A DNA stretch of 64,000 bases from Azolla caroliniana. Lineage: Eukaryota > Plantae > Polypodiophyta. Positions 61,955-64,000 of the stretch are shown piece by piece; position 1 is the first letter of the stretch; each line of letters starts with the position of its first letter. Both the position numbers and the translations under genes were made by a program. Under the pieces are notes generated by a model that was given only the letters and a program-made list of their open reading frames with translations, did not search any database and was not told where the DNA came from. The DNA lies in assembly GCA_043228905.1 (NCBI GenBank), contig JBHGNT010000002.1:22320001-22384000 (forward strand). Direction: 5' to 3'.

Positions 61955-63776
61955 AGTACAAAGCAATTCTAGTTTCAAAATGCTATGTACAAAGTAAATA
62001 GGGTTGACTTTGAAGAGGTATTCTCCTCTAGTCAAAATGACCACCTTGCGAATTTTGTTTACTCTCACTATAGATCCAGACTTGAAGCTTCACTACATGG
62101 ATGACGACCACTTTCTTGCATAGAAACATCAAAGAAGAGCAATTTCCATGCAAAAAAGTAGTCTATATGAGCAATTCCTAAGAAGGAACAATTAAAATTA
62201 AAAATTTAGGGGCTTATATGAGCTAAAACAAGCTCTTAGAAAATAGTAGAAAGGAGATTCTATGATATTAGATGAATTTAAAAGGAGCCATGCAAATCAT
62301 TGTCTTTACAAAAATAAGGGATGTAGATGGGAACCACGATATTTTGGTGCTCATGTAGATGATATACTTATTGATGGTAAAAGTAGAGTACTCATAATGA
62401 CTAGAAGGCTAACCGAATTTGGGATTTGCCACAAATGATTTAGGCCATTGCATATCTTGAGTTTGAGGATAATGAGGGATAGGTTGTGGCAATTGCTTTA
62501 TTTATCCCTGAGAATAATACATTGAAAAAGTGGTTAAAAGGTCCAACATGAATGATGCAAAAACCTCAAGTGTACCTTTGTCGTCACATGTCCATTGAGT
62601 AAAAATGATTGCCCAAAAATATGATACAACAATCTTCTCAATGAATGTCATACCATCTGTCAACTTGTGGTTCATCGATGTATGTCATTGTTGTTATAGG
62701 AATGGGCATTGAACATGTACTAAGATTTGTTAGCAATTCTTGGAAATTTCACCATCATGTAAATTAGTAAATATCTAAAGGAGGTCAAGAGTAAATGTTT
62801 ACCTGGATACCTCAAAATTACATGGACTCTTTACTTTGATATAAGTCCATTAGTACAAATTTTTAGACTATTAATGGTGCTATTTTATGGTGTTCCAAAT
62901 TGCAAAGGATTGATGCATGATCTACTTTTGAAGTTGAAAATATTTCAGCAACAAAGGCTTCCAAACAGCATATCTCTGTAATGAGCTTGGTCTACTTGAG
63001 AGGACACAAATCCTACATTGTGATTGCAAAAAAGCCATACACTTGATCACAAAAGCCATGTCTTATGAGCAAACTAAACAAATTTAAAGATAAAATGAAC
63101 CTCTTGACCAATGACTATAAATAATAGAGCTACATCAACAATTTTGGAAATGATAGGATGTCAACATGTCAAAATCTCCAAATTGGTCTGATACGCATGC
63201 ACAATGTAATACCATTTATTAGGTGTCTCACAACACTATCACACTATCACAAAGATAAAAATAAATAATATTTGCATGGACCAATTAAAGAGTCAAGTAT
63301 CCCTAATACTATGTATTTAGTAAAGACGTAACAATACATACATTGAATGACTAATTAAAGACTGAATTAAGATATGATATGTGCAATAGGAGGAAGCCGA
63401 GAAAGCTTATGAATATGGCACTACAAACAAACAAATTTGTGGTGTTCACATATCTAAAAAGTCATTGATTGATCAACTTGCAGCCGACTCCATCCAAAGA
63501 TTCAATATATGGTTGAAATATCCCTAACCCTAATAAATCAACATATGTATGCCAGATTCTACACTCTACACAATGAATATATATAGATATATACCTATAA
63601 TAAGATCATTTTCTTCTATTTTGATAAAATATTACAATTTGATGAAGCGGTGTAGGATGGCTGCACACATGCATATGCAAAGACAATCTTCCCATATCAG
63701 CATGCCAATCTACTCTCAACACAATACAGTTACAGGCATGTGGGGAGGGGGGGGGTTTACTTAAAGATACATAACA

Positions 63777-64000
63777 TCATAGCTGTAATGATAAATCGGG
63801 ATTCTGCTCATCTGTTAGGTTACTTGATGCTTGAGCATGAGAAGACGGGCTTATCAAGCTTACATTCAAGTCTGGTGGTAAATGTAATGCTTCTTGTAGT
63901 ATAGGATGATCAGTCACCCGCAATCGGCTTTTCAGCTCACTATTATTCTCTAAAGAAGCCAAACATGATGGTACACTCTTTACCTTCATTTCATCAGCAG
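63777..64000 (-). CDS. Probable terminal coding exon of an unidentified neighbouring gene that continues beyond the window
   Basis: Frame open from the window edge (..ADEMKVKSVPSCLASLENN...PDLSLQL*), non-repetitive and coding-like composition, followed by 3'-UTR-like sequence. No recognisable domain. Confidence 0.4.
   Translation of the reverse strand, partial: ADEMKVKSVPSCLASLENNSELKSRLRVTDHPILQEALHLPPDLNVSLISPSSHAQASSNLTDEQNPDLSLQL

Larger units (their letters stand above)
54060..63100 (+). mobile_element. Old, heavily decayed copia relic G (host of F and of the MITE); may extend leftwards under E and A
   Basis: HVILIDE|GEP-like junction across F, KYKA.LV.K.YVQ..GVDFEEVFS..VKMTT-like stretch across the MITE, and decayed YVDD and RNase H-like motifs up to about 63100. 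Boundaries uncertain. Confidence 0.6.

Overview
Eukaryotic land-plant nuclear DNA: spliceosomal GT-AG introns, microsatellites and plant-type retroelements. The element repertoire suggests a non-seed plant such as a fern or bryophyte, but that is inference only. The left 21 kb holds decayed LINE fragments, two hAT-type MITEs and one intact five-exon PBS1/PBL-type receptor-like cytoplasmic kinase gene (minus strand, 16078-9594, 467 aa). From about 21.8 to 63.1 kb is a deeply nested transposon block whose junctions can be read from LTR termini and target-site duplications (TSDs). Copia A (21845-50255) contains Ty3/gypsy B in its 3' LTR and copia C near its 3' end. Gypsy B contains a 2.4-kb hAT-type element and an intact, very young copia D, and copia C contains a solo LTR. 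Next come a rearranged copia E, a copia F with a solo LTR, and an old copia relic G carrying a MITE that itself carries a solo LTR. A probable last exon of a neighbouring gene ends the window. The gypsy B lineage gives the most unusual signals: a tRNA-like A-box/B-box (Pol III-type) cassette inside the LTR, triplicated in one LTR and conserved in a divergent solo LTR; 4-bp CG-centred TSDs; a tRNA-Trp PBS set 8 nt from the LTR; and a GGAUUUU slippery site plus candidate pseudoknot between Gag-PR and Pol. Copia family A/F has two PPT-like motifs bracketing a charged extension after RNase H. Everything was read by eye; no database searches were run.
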